Positions 12,537-27,500 of a DNA stretch of 64,000 bases are shown here, piece after piece; position 1 is the stretch's first letter, and each line of letters opens with the position of its first letter. The notes under the pieces are model-generated. The model saw nothing but the letters and a program-made list of their open reading frames with translations, did no database searches and was not told the DNA's origin. Source of the DNA: Ostrea edulis (Eukaryota); NCBI RefSeq assembly GCF_947568905.1, contig NC_079164.1, positions 26,288,001 to 26,352,000 of the forward strand. The letters run 5' to 3'. The position numbers were made by a program, and so were the translations under genes.

Positions 12537-15500
12537 ATAAAAGAATACGACTCGGTGGGCTTTTCCCCCCAAGTTGGTTGTGTTTGGGCAAACATACAAT
12601 ATTTTAATTTTGACCTCATAAATTTTTCTTTTACCTGAACCAGTGCCAATCTTGGTAACAAACTCTTTCTTCAGTGGCAGCCTAATGTCACTGATGGTCA
12701 GTGAACCACGAGGACCAGAGCCGGGGGGATCTAAACATCCTGTCTCTTTTAGTCGCTGTGTTTCAGTCAGATAGGCTTGTCGCTTTTGACCTAATAATGA
12801 AGCAATGAAAGAAATTCACGACACACCATATCAGAATAATGCATGCAATTAAGAATGCAATTAAGATACTGTAAAACAACTTTTATTTGCATGTGAGAAA
12901 TTGTCATGCGGTTCACGAGAGCCTCGTTGTTGTGAATATTTCTCACTGTGAACCAGTCCTATATTGTCCCTCCTAGTATTTGTTCAAGATTATATTGGCA
13001 CAAAAATTACTTGCGTGAACCAGTTTATCTCTGGTAAATCATGGAATAAGGTCAAGTATAATGATATTCATACAAGAGATTAGAATGTGTAGTTGTGTAC
13101 TCACATGCAATGAGCAGAAGTCTGTGACACTCCACTTGTTCGGGTGAGCCCTGGAAATACGAGTTACTTGAGCAGCACTGGTTGAGGGCGTTACTGGTCT
13201 GCATGATGACACTCTGTTCCTGACTGACTAATTCCTGAAGCTCCTATAGCAAACAGTTCATTATTAAATCAAGATACAAGTTAATTCTCAAATTATGCTG
13301 GACATCTCTTAATTCATCATCACTTTCCCGATACTGCCAGGGTTTGTCAACAATGATTTTCCCCAATATGTAAATCTCCCATTATGATGGCTAATTTGCA
13401 CACCACTACCCTGTTTATAAAACAGACATCCACATTGTCAAACTTCTCAACATACTGCCACAGGATAGAGATTAGTGGAGCTGTTCGCAGTATAAAACTT
13501 ACTTTTCTGTAAAACAATGTGTTAACATTTGGTCAACCACAATTTCAAATTCTACAGACCTGATTGATTTACTATAGACTAACAACAAAGTAACAAATAC
13601 CCTTGCTTTTTATTGTACTCTTCATTTAAACACAAAGGGGCAAAACCAGGGATTGACATTAACGGCTGTCCGATTGCCCGAGGCAAGTGAAAACTCAGTT
13701 CAGACAAGTGAAACTCTATACACACTTGCCCGATGGGGCAAGTGATTTTTTCCAGTAGGAAATGTCATTATCATAATAATTGTGTTAAACTTGATGAATA
13801 TCAAATATTAGAAAGTAAAGCCCAACTTCACATATTGTTGTTTTCTTTACCAACCCATCACATTATAGTGAATTAAGGTCCATTCTAGTAGATCGTACTG
13901 TATCACCAATTGACAGAGAGAAATAATTAGTTACTGGTTGACACTAGGCTTATTGTAGTCTAAAATATTTTGGACAACCAAGTTTTTCATTTGGACAAGT
14001 AAAACTTCGAGTTTACTTGCCCGAAGGGCAAGTAAGAAGAAAAGTTATTGTCTATCCCTGAAAACTCCTCCAAGAGAAATCTAGAGTGACCCACAAAGCT
14101 ACATAGCAAGTTTCAGCTTGATCTGTGATAGAGAAATGAATTCAAAATAGAAACAGAAAATCCTGTATGGATCGACAGACATTGCTGTACCATAATATGT
14201 CCCATCTAAAGACGAGCATAAAAAAATATCAATCTTATGAAGTTTCTCAGGACAAAAATTTAGTATTTGATTTCATGAAACATTTCTGTGTAAAATGGTT
14301 GAAAGATAAAATTGAGATATTCCCAATGGTGATGAAAATGATTAATGCTGTGGTGTCTGAGACACTTCATTTTGGCCTTACAAAAATTTCAGTTTTATGC
14401 ACAAATTCAAGAAGGAATTTTGATGCAGTTTACAACATGTGATGAAACATGAACTGACCTGAATTCTCTCCTGAACACTCTTGCGTTCCACTTCTGGTGG
14501 TAGCTGGGTAGGCATCTCAATGTTCTCCTCGTGTATTGTGTCCTCAAACGCTCGATTACGAACTATTTTCTGTTTTGAAGAATTCGGCTCATGCAAGTAT
14601 CTGCAAATGACCAGATTAAATGTCAAAACTTTCCATTTTCACCCATACCCACTTAAGACATGTCATGTTGAATAATATCCATATTTCATCAATCTTAGTG
14701 GGCAAACCCAATCCACCCAAAACCAAATTTCTTGTAGAAATAAACAAACCTGCGTGATCGGTACATGCTGACACTATAAGCCAAATTCCCAGCATCCTCT
14801 TCACTTGTTGCCATCATGTGACTCCGTCTTTTACGCTTCAGAGGCAAATATTGACAATATCACATTAAACGATACTGATGATTTACTAGTTTATAAAGAA
14901 ATAAATCCAAGACAGATAAAAATCGATAAAAGTCTCAATAAAACTTACTGGAGCAGCTCTTGGTCGGCTGTCCTCCTCCTCCTCTTCCTCACTCAAAGCT
15001 TCATCTAATAAGTCATTAATCTCAGCAGAGTCTTTGGTTTCGTCGTCTTCGGACTCCGAGTAATTCCTGGAGTCAGATGAATAAGAACTCTGCTCACTGG
15101 AGGTACTCTCCAGACTGCTGGAGCTAGACTGCTGTTGACAACCCATGAGATTGGAGCCACTTCTGTAACTGGAGGGTACAGAAGCCACAGGATTTACAGT
15201 CGGTCTGGGCCGACTTTCCAACTCTTCTCTTTCCTTCTGGGGACCACTTGGTATCACGCTCTGTCGCCGAACAGAGGCAGGGACGAAAGCACTAAGACTG
15301 ACATCATCAAGATCAGATTCATCCTCCATCATTGGAGGAGGAGCTTGACGACCAACATCACTCTCAGAGTCACTTGACAATCTCTGCATCCCCTCATCAG
15401 TTGAAGAAGCCTCCTCCTCTTGTGTTGAGGACAAGGGTCTCCTTGTGTAAAGTTCGTCATCCTCAGTACTGTCAAAACTGTCATCGGACCTCTTGTCTTT

Positions 15501-18500
15501 CTTTCCAGGCATGTTGGGCTTGTCCTTTTTTTTCTGTGATATAAGGCGGTATATGCTGGGTGATGGCTGGCTTTTTGAGTGAGAGCCTGGAGCCAGTGGA
15601 GGTTTGGTCTGGACAAGGTGTGCTTCTCTCCCTTGCTTCTCTTTAAAGTCATACGATGCGTCATTGTCATCTGAAAGTTCAAATCCCATTGCTGCTAACT
15701 TTCTCTCAAACTCTAAAGGCCAAGGTCAGAAAAAGAACAATACCACTGTTAGCATAAAAAGCAGGCAGCGTGCAAATGCAAGTCTTCTCATTCTAGATAT
15801 CTGGCAGAATTACATGTACATTCTACAAATAAGTACAAGATCTGCAACTTGTACAACTTTTTGTGTCTACAATGAGAATCCTTCCAAAATCCAGAGTTTC
15901 TGAAATCTTTGTAAATACATATGGACAATTTTAATAATTTTTACCTGTCAGAACATAGAAATTTGTTGTTAACTTTAATTGGCATGAAGGAATTTTTGGT
16001 GGACAAAACCTTTGGACCAGAAGATTTTAGAAACTCTGCGATTGACTAGAATACTGTTAATCATGAATACAAGATATGAATTCAACTAGTAATGTATTTC
16101 ATGCAGAATGCTCTAATATTTCTTTAACATGTTTAAAATGACATGACCGACAGTGCAAATGTAGTCAGACTTATTATGTAAACAGTAATAATTGCTGAAT
16201 GAACAAGATGTGTTTGCGAAACACTATATGCCCCTAAAAACAATAAACAGGGTCAAAAACTTTGGTACCAGAGGAAAAAAAAAAAAAAAAAAAAAAAGGT
16301 CTTGCCACGAGGAAAGCACATATGCTAATATGAGGGCCCTTTCACTTAGGCCAAAAAAAATAATATGTTTGTTTCAGGTCGCCTACGATTTAAAAAAAGG
16401 GTTGGTAGGTAGGTTTTTTTTTTTAATATATATTTTTTTTCAAATAAATATGTGCCTTCAATGACAATTTTATAGTTAAAGTTGTTTAATAGATAAAAAT
16501 TTGGTTCAGAACACAATGTTTAATTGACAAAATGCACAGTATGTGATTGAGTTTTGATATACATTTACAATAAATGTCTTAGCATGTTAAAATTGTCAGA
16601 CATCATATATGGAGCAGAAACGTATTCATTTTTAAAGGTGGTACAGATTATGCTAAACAGTTGTACACACTTTCCTACATGTATTTATTCATAAACCTTG
16701 TCATTTGTTTGTAATCAACGTGTCAGCTACTTCTACCCAAAACACAATATTCAACCACATATACAATACATTTGACAAAAAGCATTGCATAGTATATAGT
16801 TCATACAAATTGATGTTTATTAGGCTAAAGACTACCCTTGCACTTGGTTTGAGTGACTTTGTACATGTACATATTCTCGTAGGAGTCCTATTCTTCCATG
16901 AATAGTTCTTTATAATTACTTACATGCTTTGACATACTACAAGCAGGGCTCGAAATTAACATATGCCCGTCACTCTGTGACTGGTTAAAAGTCTGGTGGA
17001 CTGACATACATTTGTTTTAGTCAGTCCGATGGGACTGGTTAATTTTGTAAAGCAGCATTTTGGAAAATATACTTGTAAAATTTTATACGCACATTTGGCA
17101 TTCTTCGATCTGTAAATATTAAACGAATCTGGTTCGTAAATATAAATCCCTTAAGTGTTACAATATTGTCTGAGGCATATTGAGTTAAATTTCATTTTAA
17201 TAACATTAACGGACTATGTTTAATTATTTCTGGAAAACTGTTGGACTGGTAAATTTTTCTGCGGACTGGTTGAAATTATACCCCATCAGTCCGTCTGGAC
17301 TGGTGACATAAAAAGTTAGCTTCAAGCCCTGACAAGTAATATATAAACATATAGTTTAGGCGTTCAGTTAATTTCGTTTTTGAATAAATGATTCGTGGCT
17401 TTGAACACTCTGTACAAGTTACCAGTGAAGGTTTTTTTTTACCCCTTGAATCCAGGGGCCAGGGCCTTCAAGTTTGGGGAAAATGGCGATATTTGATTGA
17501 AATTGGGAAATTTGTTTTATACAAATAAAAAAAACAAGCAAAAAGTTAACCATTTGATATTTTATTATCAATGTGGCTGGCTTAAACAAGCTTTCATTTC
17601 CGGTCTTTAGCAAAGAAAAAAACTGTCACAAATGTTTTGCACCAGAGTGGCACTGAGGTTGGATGGCCCCTCATGGTATATTCTCATCAAACCATCCATC
17701 ATTTGGGAATTTTTTGGCATCATTTTGGGAAAAACATCTACTTTTCAGCATTGCCCATGATTGGGAATGCGGCCGAATTTCGGCCCTCTACAGACCCTTA
17801 AAAAATCCCTGCAGTGCACGGGCGTTTTGGGTTGAAAAGAGTGATGGGTCATTATATTTTCTTCGTATGTCGCAGGAACTGCTACTGGATCAAGTGCGAG
17901 ATAAAAATAAAAATAAAAACATTCGACTACAAACGGGGTCTCGTTTGGTGCTAGCCCTCACTTCACATCCGCACGGAAACTGTCCACCTTAATATCTGCG
18001 GATGATGCGCCTTGAATAGGTTGCTTAATATCGATTTGTGCAAGACAGTTGTCATAATATTTATGGGGTTCTGATGCTGACATTTAGGTAACTTTATTGC
18101 CGACACCGAAGCAGCTTCTAATAGATGTGCCGCCATTGTTGTTGTCGGTATTGTTAACTCGTACCAAAATGATTTCGGGCACTAGTTCGTACATCGATAA
18201 ATTAAAATCAGAAAATTGAAAAAAAATATATAGGGTCGGTGGATACATTTAGGGTCGGTCGGGCGACCGGAAACAAACATATTTTTTATTTTGGCCTTAT
18301 CATTCAAAAGTTATAAGCATATCAGGCATAAAAATATAAAATACACGTTATATTTACATCTCAATTTGATGCGTCATTTCTGAGAAAATCAAAATCGGAA
18401 GGAACCAATTTTTGATGACATTGATCCAAATGGGAAACATTTCTAACATATCAACAAGTCTCATTAAGGCCTAGGTTAGACACCGTTTACTCAAAAGTAT

Positions 18501-21500
18501 ATATATGCACCAGCATGCAAGAAATAGCCTGAAGATTAGAAACAGATTTAATTCACTTTTACAATAGGCTTCATTCTACAGAATGTTATTTGTTCCAACC
18601 TGTAAAGAATAGCACCAAAAGCTGATTATACTCTCGAAATAATATATGATAATCGTTTAAGGCTCACCATTGTATATCGTATCAGTACTTATTTCAATGG
18701 AATTCATATGTTCACACCTATAGAAACTAGAATGCTAATTGATGATTTTACTGAAATCTGTATTTATCTGATAAACTTATGAAATCATACAGCAATAATA
18801 ATAAAACTCACAATATTTTCATTTTGATTTCTTGGTTAATTGCAAAACATCCACATGTATATGTGTGCAAATTATGAATCTGATTGCAATATGCTAAATG
18901 CATTAGCTGTTTATTTTCTATGTTTTTTATCAAATACATGCACTTTTATGATCATGTCACTTTCAGTAAAAATACAAGATCATGCATCAAACATCCAACA
19001 CCAAAATATGAATACAAAATACTGGTAATCCTTTATACTCTCCTCACTATACATATCAAATGTATAATAATTTTTACAAGCAGGAAGCATAATCTCTACA
19101 TTTTCCATTTCATTTTCTATTTTAAGATAGCTAGCAAACAAAACCATAAGATCATCAATCAATATATGATATCATAAGCTTCAAAGTTTTGATTTTTAAG
19201 AGGTAATCAATAGTAAACTTATCATTTCAGAATTAATACAGCATGATACTTCAGTAAAGAAATGTACTATATTGAAAGTGAAAAGTTTATTCACACACAC
19301 AGCCTAACAAAATGAAGCACTTGCCAGTGTGAATGATATGGAATGGTTTTTAAACATACCAGCCCTGGCCTTTGCTCTGATTGCCTCTCGTCTTGTGTTT
19401 CCAATGTCTTCGGTCAATTCCTGATCCTCCATGTTGCTGGGACCCTTTAAAATTTCCGAACATTAAGAATAGCTCAGACATTCACATGACAGTATCAAAA
19501 ACCAGTGTTGATTGTCAGAGATACGTGAACTACCTCTCCATTATGTGTCAATAATTACCCTCTCACTGCCGGGCCTTTCCTCCTTCAAAATGCCATTCTG
19601 ATGTCGATTCTGGAGTCGCTGGACCTCCTCCATTCTCTCACGCCTCAACTTCTCTGCAGTGTCTGCTGTTTTACCATGAGTGACTTGCTCTATTAGTTTC
19701 TGCTGCATCATTTTGGTGGCACTTCCAACCTTCCCTGGAGTGCCTTCAGCCTTGTACGGACTATCCATGGCTGCTTTGATGTGATCAACTCTCTGCAGAA
19801 TATTCTCTTTCACTCCTTTTGTTGGAGTGACTGTTTTGTTTCCTGTGGTTTGTCCAATAGCTTTAACCGGAGTTGTTTTTTTAGCACTACCGAATGCCGG
19901 CGCCTTCACTGGAGATTTCTTGCCAGGAGACACACTGCTGGGGTCCACCTTTTTGATGTAAGAGACCTTGTTGCTGGAGGACATTTCTTCCCAAGCTGAC
20001 ATCCTTGCATTGACTGAATAAGATGTTGGTTCCTCTTCCTTTCTTGGAGTTGACTCAGACAGTTTTTGCTGCCATGATGCCATCCTGGCTGACACTGGCT
20101 GAGCTGCAGGGTCATCTTTCTCCACTCTAGACTCTGGCTGTGCTGCTGGGACATTAGGATTCTGTGATTCAGAAAACTGTGGCTTTGGGAACGATGGCTT
20201 GTCTGACACTGGAGTGGCCATCTGCCTGACTGGGTGCTGCACCTTACTAACCATCGCTGTTGGCGTTGTTATCTTCTGCTCCCAAACAGCTTTCTTGGCA
20301 GAAACTGGTTGCTCTGAGGGATCCACCTGTTTTTCCTAATTACAGAGTATATTGGACATAAAATTTAATAAAATTCAATGATTATTTGATAATCTTTACG
20401 ATTAAGTACCTGGGTACTTGATCGGTACAGCATTATCTTGTTTTATATATAATCCAGTATACTGTGATCGTCAGAGCAATTAACATTCTATCTTCACTTT
20501 TGTTGTTCATTTATTAAATTAAAATTATTTATTTTTGACTTTAATTTAAAATAGTAGTACAAGTCTTTTCCTAAGACTGTATTGACCTTTTTGGGTGTTT
20601 CAGTGGTCTTCCAGCTATTCAGTCTCTCAGCAACAGTTTTGGTGGTTGGTTCCTCAAATCTTCCTTTCTGTTCCTTAGATTTGTCCACTACACCAGCAGG
20701 GCCTGATTCAGCAGACTTACTACCAGAGTTACTCAATACTTTGCTGGCTACAGTATTTGGTGGTTGAGGTGCATATTTTTTCTTTGGGGAGGAAATGGCT
20801 GGGGCTGGGGGTGCTGGTGGGGGCCTTACTGTCTGCTGAGGGGGGATGGGGTTGGTCTCTGCTCGAGCTGGCTTTGGTGGACCTGGAACAGATTCTGGTT
20901 TAGGTGGCTGCCATTTAGGTTTAGGCTCCTCTGGTTTCCTAAATAAGAAAACATATAGTGCATCACAATCAACATCTTTAGTTTTCTTCCAAAAATGAGT
21001 GGTAAACAATCTCTCAAACAGTAAAATTAAAATTTGGATTCTTAGACAAATGTTTTCAAAATCCAATCTGATATGCAGGATTAAATGTATTCAATGTTTA
21101 ACAATCATATTTCATATATCTAATGAATGGATGATGTGATTTATGTAATCATGGTATACTCATTTTGAAGGGTTTATCAAAAATAAATAAAATTAATCCA
21201 CAGAAAGAATTTATAGAATTTTGATTACTGCTTGGTTTGTATACATGCATTTCACCTTGAATTTTACATTTCTACATTGAGGTCTGTAAGGAGGGCATGC
21301 TTTATCAAAACATTTTTGAAAAAAAATCGCATTTTCATACAAATCTCTTTAATAGAAAAAGATTATATAAATATTTCTTAATAAAAATGTAACATAGAAT
21401 TAACTATTTACCAGATATGCTTTGAAAATCGACTTTTTCTTATTTTTATCAAAGGCAGTTAGCTCTTCTACTAAGTTTCAAGTGGCCAAAAGATCACCTT

Positions 21501-24500
21501 CTGATCATTTACCAGTCATGTGAATTTGATTAACTTATTAGGAAGTTAGCGCCTCAGCTTTGAGTACAACTTTAACTGTTAAGATATTGATAATGGTCCA
21601 ATATTTATTTCATTGGACTAAACATATAATATCTATAACTTAAACATAAGTTGAAAAATTTCATACCGATTCAAATTTACAAGGGTTTGGAAAAGACTAT
21701 ATAGTCTTTTGTGATGGAAAGATTGTTTATTCAAAAAGTCCAAAACATGTATCATTTTACGATTTCTGCTTTATCCAATATATTGTCGATATATGTATTT
21801 TTGTAAAGTTGATACATTTTTCAAAACTGAACATTGATTCTTAAAAACATCAATATTAATTTACCTAAAATAGTATTTTTGCCAATAATGAATATTTAAT
21901 AAATCTTATGTATTTAACCCCAACTTTTTAAAGTTCCATTTTCAATTCTAAGGCAAGACTTGGGTGTAATTTTAAACAAGAGGTCCATGGGCCACATTGC
22001 TCATTTGAGTCACCATGGCCCATATTTACAGATTTTCCTTATATATTCATATGTAAACTTTGATCTCTATTGTGGCCCCAACCTACCTCCCAGGGCTATG
22101 ATTTTTACAAACTTGAATAGATCTGCACTGTGTCAGGAAGCCTTCATGTAAATCTCAGCTCCTCTGGCCCAGTGGTTCTTAAGAGAAAGATTTTAAAAGA
22201 TTTTCCCTATAAATTTGTACATAAAACCTTGATTCCCTATTGTGGCCCCATCCTTAATTTTAACAAACTTGAGTCTGCACTTTGTCAGGAAGCTTTCAAG
22301 TAAATTTGTTCTTTCCTGGCCTAACATTTCTTGAAAAGATTTTCAAAGATTTTACGTATATACTCGCATGGTCTGATACCCTATTGTGGCCCCAACATAC
22401 CCCGGGGGTCATGGTTTTAAGAAACTTGAATCTGCACTATGTCAGGAAGCTTTCATGTATAAATAAATAAATATATTTATATATATAAACAGTCCAAGGC
22501 AACCCATAGCTCTTCAATGAACAGTGAGTTCACCATAACATCTAGGTAAGGGTACAGATTCCAACAAAAATAAAGTTAATTGTTGTTGTTCATGCATATT
22601 CAAATTTTTTTGTATCCTGGCTTTAATCTTAATTTGAAATTTTGACTAGCCTAAAAACAGGAGATTAATACATGCCCTAAAGTCTGAATCAAATAAAGAT
22701 AAAACAGCCATCTCGTGGCATTTCAGAATGCTTAAATCCGTTTTTGACAGAGCTTTGCCCCCCTACCAAGATCCTGCTGAGGACCTTAAGGGGTCCCTAG
22801 ACCCCTTACTGCTTGGCGCATACACTTCCATTTCATAGTAATTTTGGTACAATTATCTTAACTCAAAAATATTATTTGAAATAGACATTACCTACTATTG
22901 AGCATGTAGTATATAACTATACAAAAAGTAAATTGAGCAAGTTTTCTGTCAGATTCAATCATGCCTATAAATCAAAAGAAAATTTTACACCAGAAACATC
23001 TAATTAATGTTATCTAGGGCTGCAACGGGTACCAGAAAAGTGGTTTGTGTTGTTCGGGTCGGCTTTGGTTCCAGAGGGGTGAAACGATACAGTCGATTCG
23101 ATTTTCGATACTTTAGTCTCGATTCGATACAATAGCATGTACCAAATTCTTTATAATGCTAAGATTTTTTATGTTTCGTTGTATTTATTGCTCTCTGCAA
23201 ATAAATCTACATAATGTAAAACTGTTTAACATACAGCAACACTCTTATCACTTGTCCTAAAGCCGAAATGTTGCCATACCCAGGATTTATACATTTGGGG
23301 TGCATTTTTCAACTCGACTGCGTCCATTTTGATACAGCAAAGTTCACTCGTATGTTGATTGGGCAATTTTCAATTCCATTGGCTAATCAGAAACTGTTAT
23401 CAAGACCCCGAATAAATCGAACATCGAATCGTGACCACTACATCGCGATTCGGCCGCATCGCAATGCATCGTTTCACCCCTAATTTTTCATACTTCGGTT
23501 CAGGTCCAGTTTTTATGATAGAATCAATTTCAGAAATTTATCTGTTTAAAAAACAAAATAGCATCAAAATTCAAATGAGGCTGTGTTTTGTTAAATGATG
23601 GCATTGTTCACAAAACAATGACAGTATGAAAGATATATCAGACATATTTCAAATATGCAACAGATCAATATCGTCAATGAAAAAACATTGAATTTATCAT
23701 GGAATGGAAACAAGTAGAAGAGACAAATGTTGTTGCTATTACCATGGATATCGGGCCTAAAACAGCATCCACATCCGCGAGTAATTATTGTAACAAAATA
23801 CAAATAAAGCTTTTTGATTGTAACTTCGTATATTCAGGGATTTTTCAAGGTCCAGAAATTCGATAGCATTCCCCAAATTTTCCCCTTTAGGAGAACAATG
23901 TTCCCCTTTTGTAAACAAAAAGGTCCCCTTTGATTCGCATGCAATTTATGCATGTAATGTATCTGGGTCATTTTGATTTCCATGGTACCCCACTACTGAC
24001 TCACTGGATTATTGGGTGGCTCAGGTCATCCTCCCAGTTACTCATGGTCTGAGCCAGATGAGCAAATCGTCCTCTTCTACCAATTGGTGCAGCAGCCTCT
24101 GCAATATTTTCCTTCACGCCTACTGTATCTTTCCTCTGAGATGTGGTGAAGTCCTGGACAGGATCTTTTTCAGTACTGTCAATCATCTCTGAATCTTTTT
24201 CTAATATTAAAAGAAAAACAAGATGGGTTTGTAAAACACAGTTACACTGATGCCCCCGCATGGCCAAACCCCAAGATCAAGAAGTCAAAGATTTTTATTA
24301 AAAAGAAAGGTATAGTCACAATATGAAAGCCCTAATTCTTAAAAAGTTATAACTAGTGTTGCAAAATTGGACCATAGTTACAATCGATTATCGAATTGAA
24401 TCGGCATCATACAATCATTTAAATAATCAATAGTTTGAACTTCCATTTACGGTTGCATTAAATAAAGTACATGTACACTATATAATATCCATTCTGATTA

Positions 24501-27500
24501 AATGATATCCTACTGAATAGATAAAAATTAAATATCTTTACCGGCCATTATGTTTTATAAATTTATTGAGGCAATGAACTTTGGACAAATACAGAATTAT
24601 ACACAATAAACAACTCCTGATGAATGTTTTATCAAAGCTAATTGATACACTCATTTCAATACTGATCCATTATCATAAAATATATATAATGAATGAACAT
24701 GTGCTTGTTTTAGTCTGGGCCTTTTAACATTATTATACGTCATTATGAGAATTCTATGCAACGCGTAATCTGATTGGTCTAGACGGTCACGTGCCAGGGA
24801 TAACAAAACTTCATATCTCCCTATCATATTCACCTTGCATATTATTTACCCCTTTGGGTAGCCTCGTGCAATTTCCATAAATTTAACCTCAAGGTAGACG
24901 AAGTGTATTGTGACGTCACAATAAGTCCGAGTCATTCTACTTTCATAGTTTGTAAAAGGCAGAAAATATGTGGGTCTCTGATACACAGTTGAATCGCATG
25001 GTTTTGGTTGATACAAAAACAAGCAAGTAAATCAGCACTCAAGGAGAATGGAAATACAAAAACTGGTTATCATATCACTGTATTTCGTTGTTTGTACCTT
25101 CTACCGTAATACGTTGACGGCGCGGTGTTACCGTTCAGACGATCCCAGCTACATACAATGTAGATGAGCGGACACCAATTTCAAATGCACTTTTGTAGTC
25201 TTGCTTTGTTTCGGTATAATAAACAATTTATTGCATGAATGTTCGGGAAATATGAAGATTTATTCACCCAAGAAAAATCATATTCCCCTCAGGTGTTGCC
25301 CTCGGGGAATATGATTTTTCTTGGGTGATTAAATCTTCATATGTCTCTCACTATCATGCAATAAATGTATAATGTTTCCAGCCAGACTAAAACTCGCTCA
25401 CTACAAACACAGAAGAGACAAGAATTCCAAGATACCTCCATGCTAAAATTGATACTGTACAGAAGAAACATCGATTTTTTTCACCACTGTAGCAAACTCA
25501 AAAGGAAATCTTCGTTTGATTTTTGTAGCCCTCAGATACATTGGCACATTTTCTTTCAGGCCACTATTAAAAAAGTGTTTGCCTACCCTACCCCTTTGAT
25601 GATGGGTAGGTAGGTAGGCTTTTTTTTTTGTTGGTCAGGATTAATTTTTTTTCGTGCATTAAATATTGTTCTCCCACATATGTCAGTGCTGCTGGAATTT
25701 TTTGTACATCATCTACATATATCTGTATATTTTGTTTGCTATATCATATCTCTTCATTAGCCAAGTTCTTTGTCATTAATTAAATATGCTTTTAAATGTA
25801 CATATGTGCCAGCCTTATCATATTCAGCTCTATCATATTTATATATCTGCTTTTGTATATAACATCACTATTCATCAGTACACCACTTTGCACCACTTTA
25901 TAAATAAGAATTAGTTTTCCTTTGCACTTTTGTATTGTTCTGTGTATGTACCCTTTAGTTCTTAGTCATCCTCTGCTTTATGCTAGTAGGCATGCAGTGT
26001 TATATATTCCATTGAACATGTCTGTCACATGGAACTAGGGTGACAACTGTTTTATGTAGATTTGAAATTTCTAAATGAAATATATAAGTACTGCTCAATG
26101 ACATAAAAGCATTAAGAGTGGATTTTATTTCAAAGTTTTTCTTGGGTATAAAATGTAAAGTAGCAGTCGAAAACATTTAAAACAATATGGATTTTGTATC
26201 TTTTTTCAAATTCTAAGAAAAGCTTTGAAATAAATGTTAGATGCATTTCTGCATGAACTATTAACCAGGCACTGCAAGCATCGTGTAACCTGGGGGTTCC
26301 AACTAGCATAGAATCTGTTATAATGGCTTGGTTTGAGAAAATAAATTTAACAGATATGTACTTCGACATGTGCTCTATGTTGTGTCTACGTTCGTCAGCC
26401 GCAGTTGAATCCGTGTCAAACTCAAGCAGTCTATTGGCTTTGCTTCGTTCCTTTGAGTTTTTAAACTCTATATTTACGCATAAAGTTGCGTACGATTTTG
26501 TCCTCTTCTGGTCAGACATTTTGAAACAAACCATCAAGGAAGCGCTTGAAGCGAAGCAAGGTGACTGTCAAGCGCTTTACTGACTCGAACGGCTAAAATC
26601 CCGACTCGAGCTCGGTTCTGCACCGGACAATAACCAAAACAAAAAACATCGCTGTTGGACCAATAATTTTTTTGGGGTCGGTGACCTTTTGAGAGGGTCG
26701 GGCGGCTAACGCCCAACAAACAATTTTTTTAATAGTGGCCTCATAAACATTATGTACATCAGTGAACAAATTTTCAAAAATGGAACATTTGATCCTTTAT
26801 TGTCTTCGGAACTGCAGTTTGATATTTTTCATCATGTAATTGAAGGTTAGTATTTCCAACACAAAATAAAGTTAAACGTAGTTAAATTGTTGGAAAGACT
26901 TTATTCAGTGATTAAATTGTACCTTAATAATACTAAAACTTCTACGGGTTCTGTTTACTAAATTATTTCCAGAATAGCCAGCGACTATCGATGTCAAGAA
27001 TTTATAATCGATTGTTGCTTTGTGTGATCTTCAGAGATGATTTTTCTATAGTTGGTAACTATCGTAACAACACTAGTTATAACCAAGGTTAAGTTTTACA
27101 AAAGTAGGTCAAAATCCAGGGTGAAGGTGATGAAGTCAAATATTTTCGTAGCTTTAAGGAAAGGTCTTATTGCCAACCATTCAAGTTATGGTCAATGTTA
27201 ATGTTTTTGAAAGAATTTTTTTATTTAAATTCCAAGGTAACAAATATTGCTACTCAAAGAAAGGCCTAATGTCACAAGGAATACACATGTGAAATATGAA
27301 AGACTTATCACCATCCTTTCAAAAGTTATGGCCACGGTTAAAGTTTTTGCAGACAGACCAAAAACTATATGCCCCCAAATCTCCAATTCCGGGACATAAA
27401 AATATAGTGTCATGTCTTGAAAATTGATTTCCACAAACTCCAGTAATAAAAGCATTCAGAATGTCTACATTCAGCAGCTGACCAGACGATGGATCTGATG

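Larger units (their letters stand above)
16349..18296. mobile_element. Non-autonomous PIF/Harbinger-like element (GGCC termini, TTA TSD) hosting two MITEs
   Basis: GGCCAAAAAAAATAATATGTTTGTTTC(A)GGTCGCC matches the inverted end at 18260-18296; TTA on both flanks. Superfamily inferred from the 3-bp TWA TSD. Confidence 0.72.

Noticed and set aside
26130-26719. 135-aa and overlapping ORFs in ANLN intron 3
   Set aside because: Inside a non-autonomous TIR element, no recognisable domain, and exon 3-4 phases already close.
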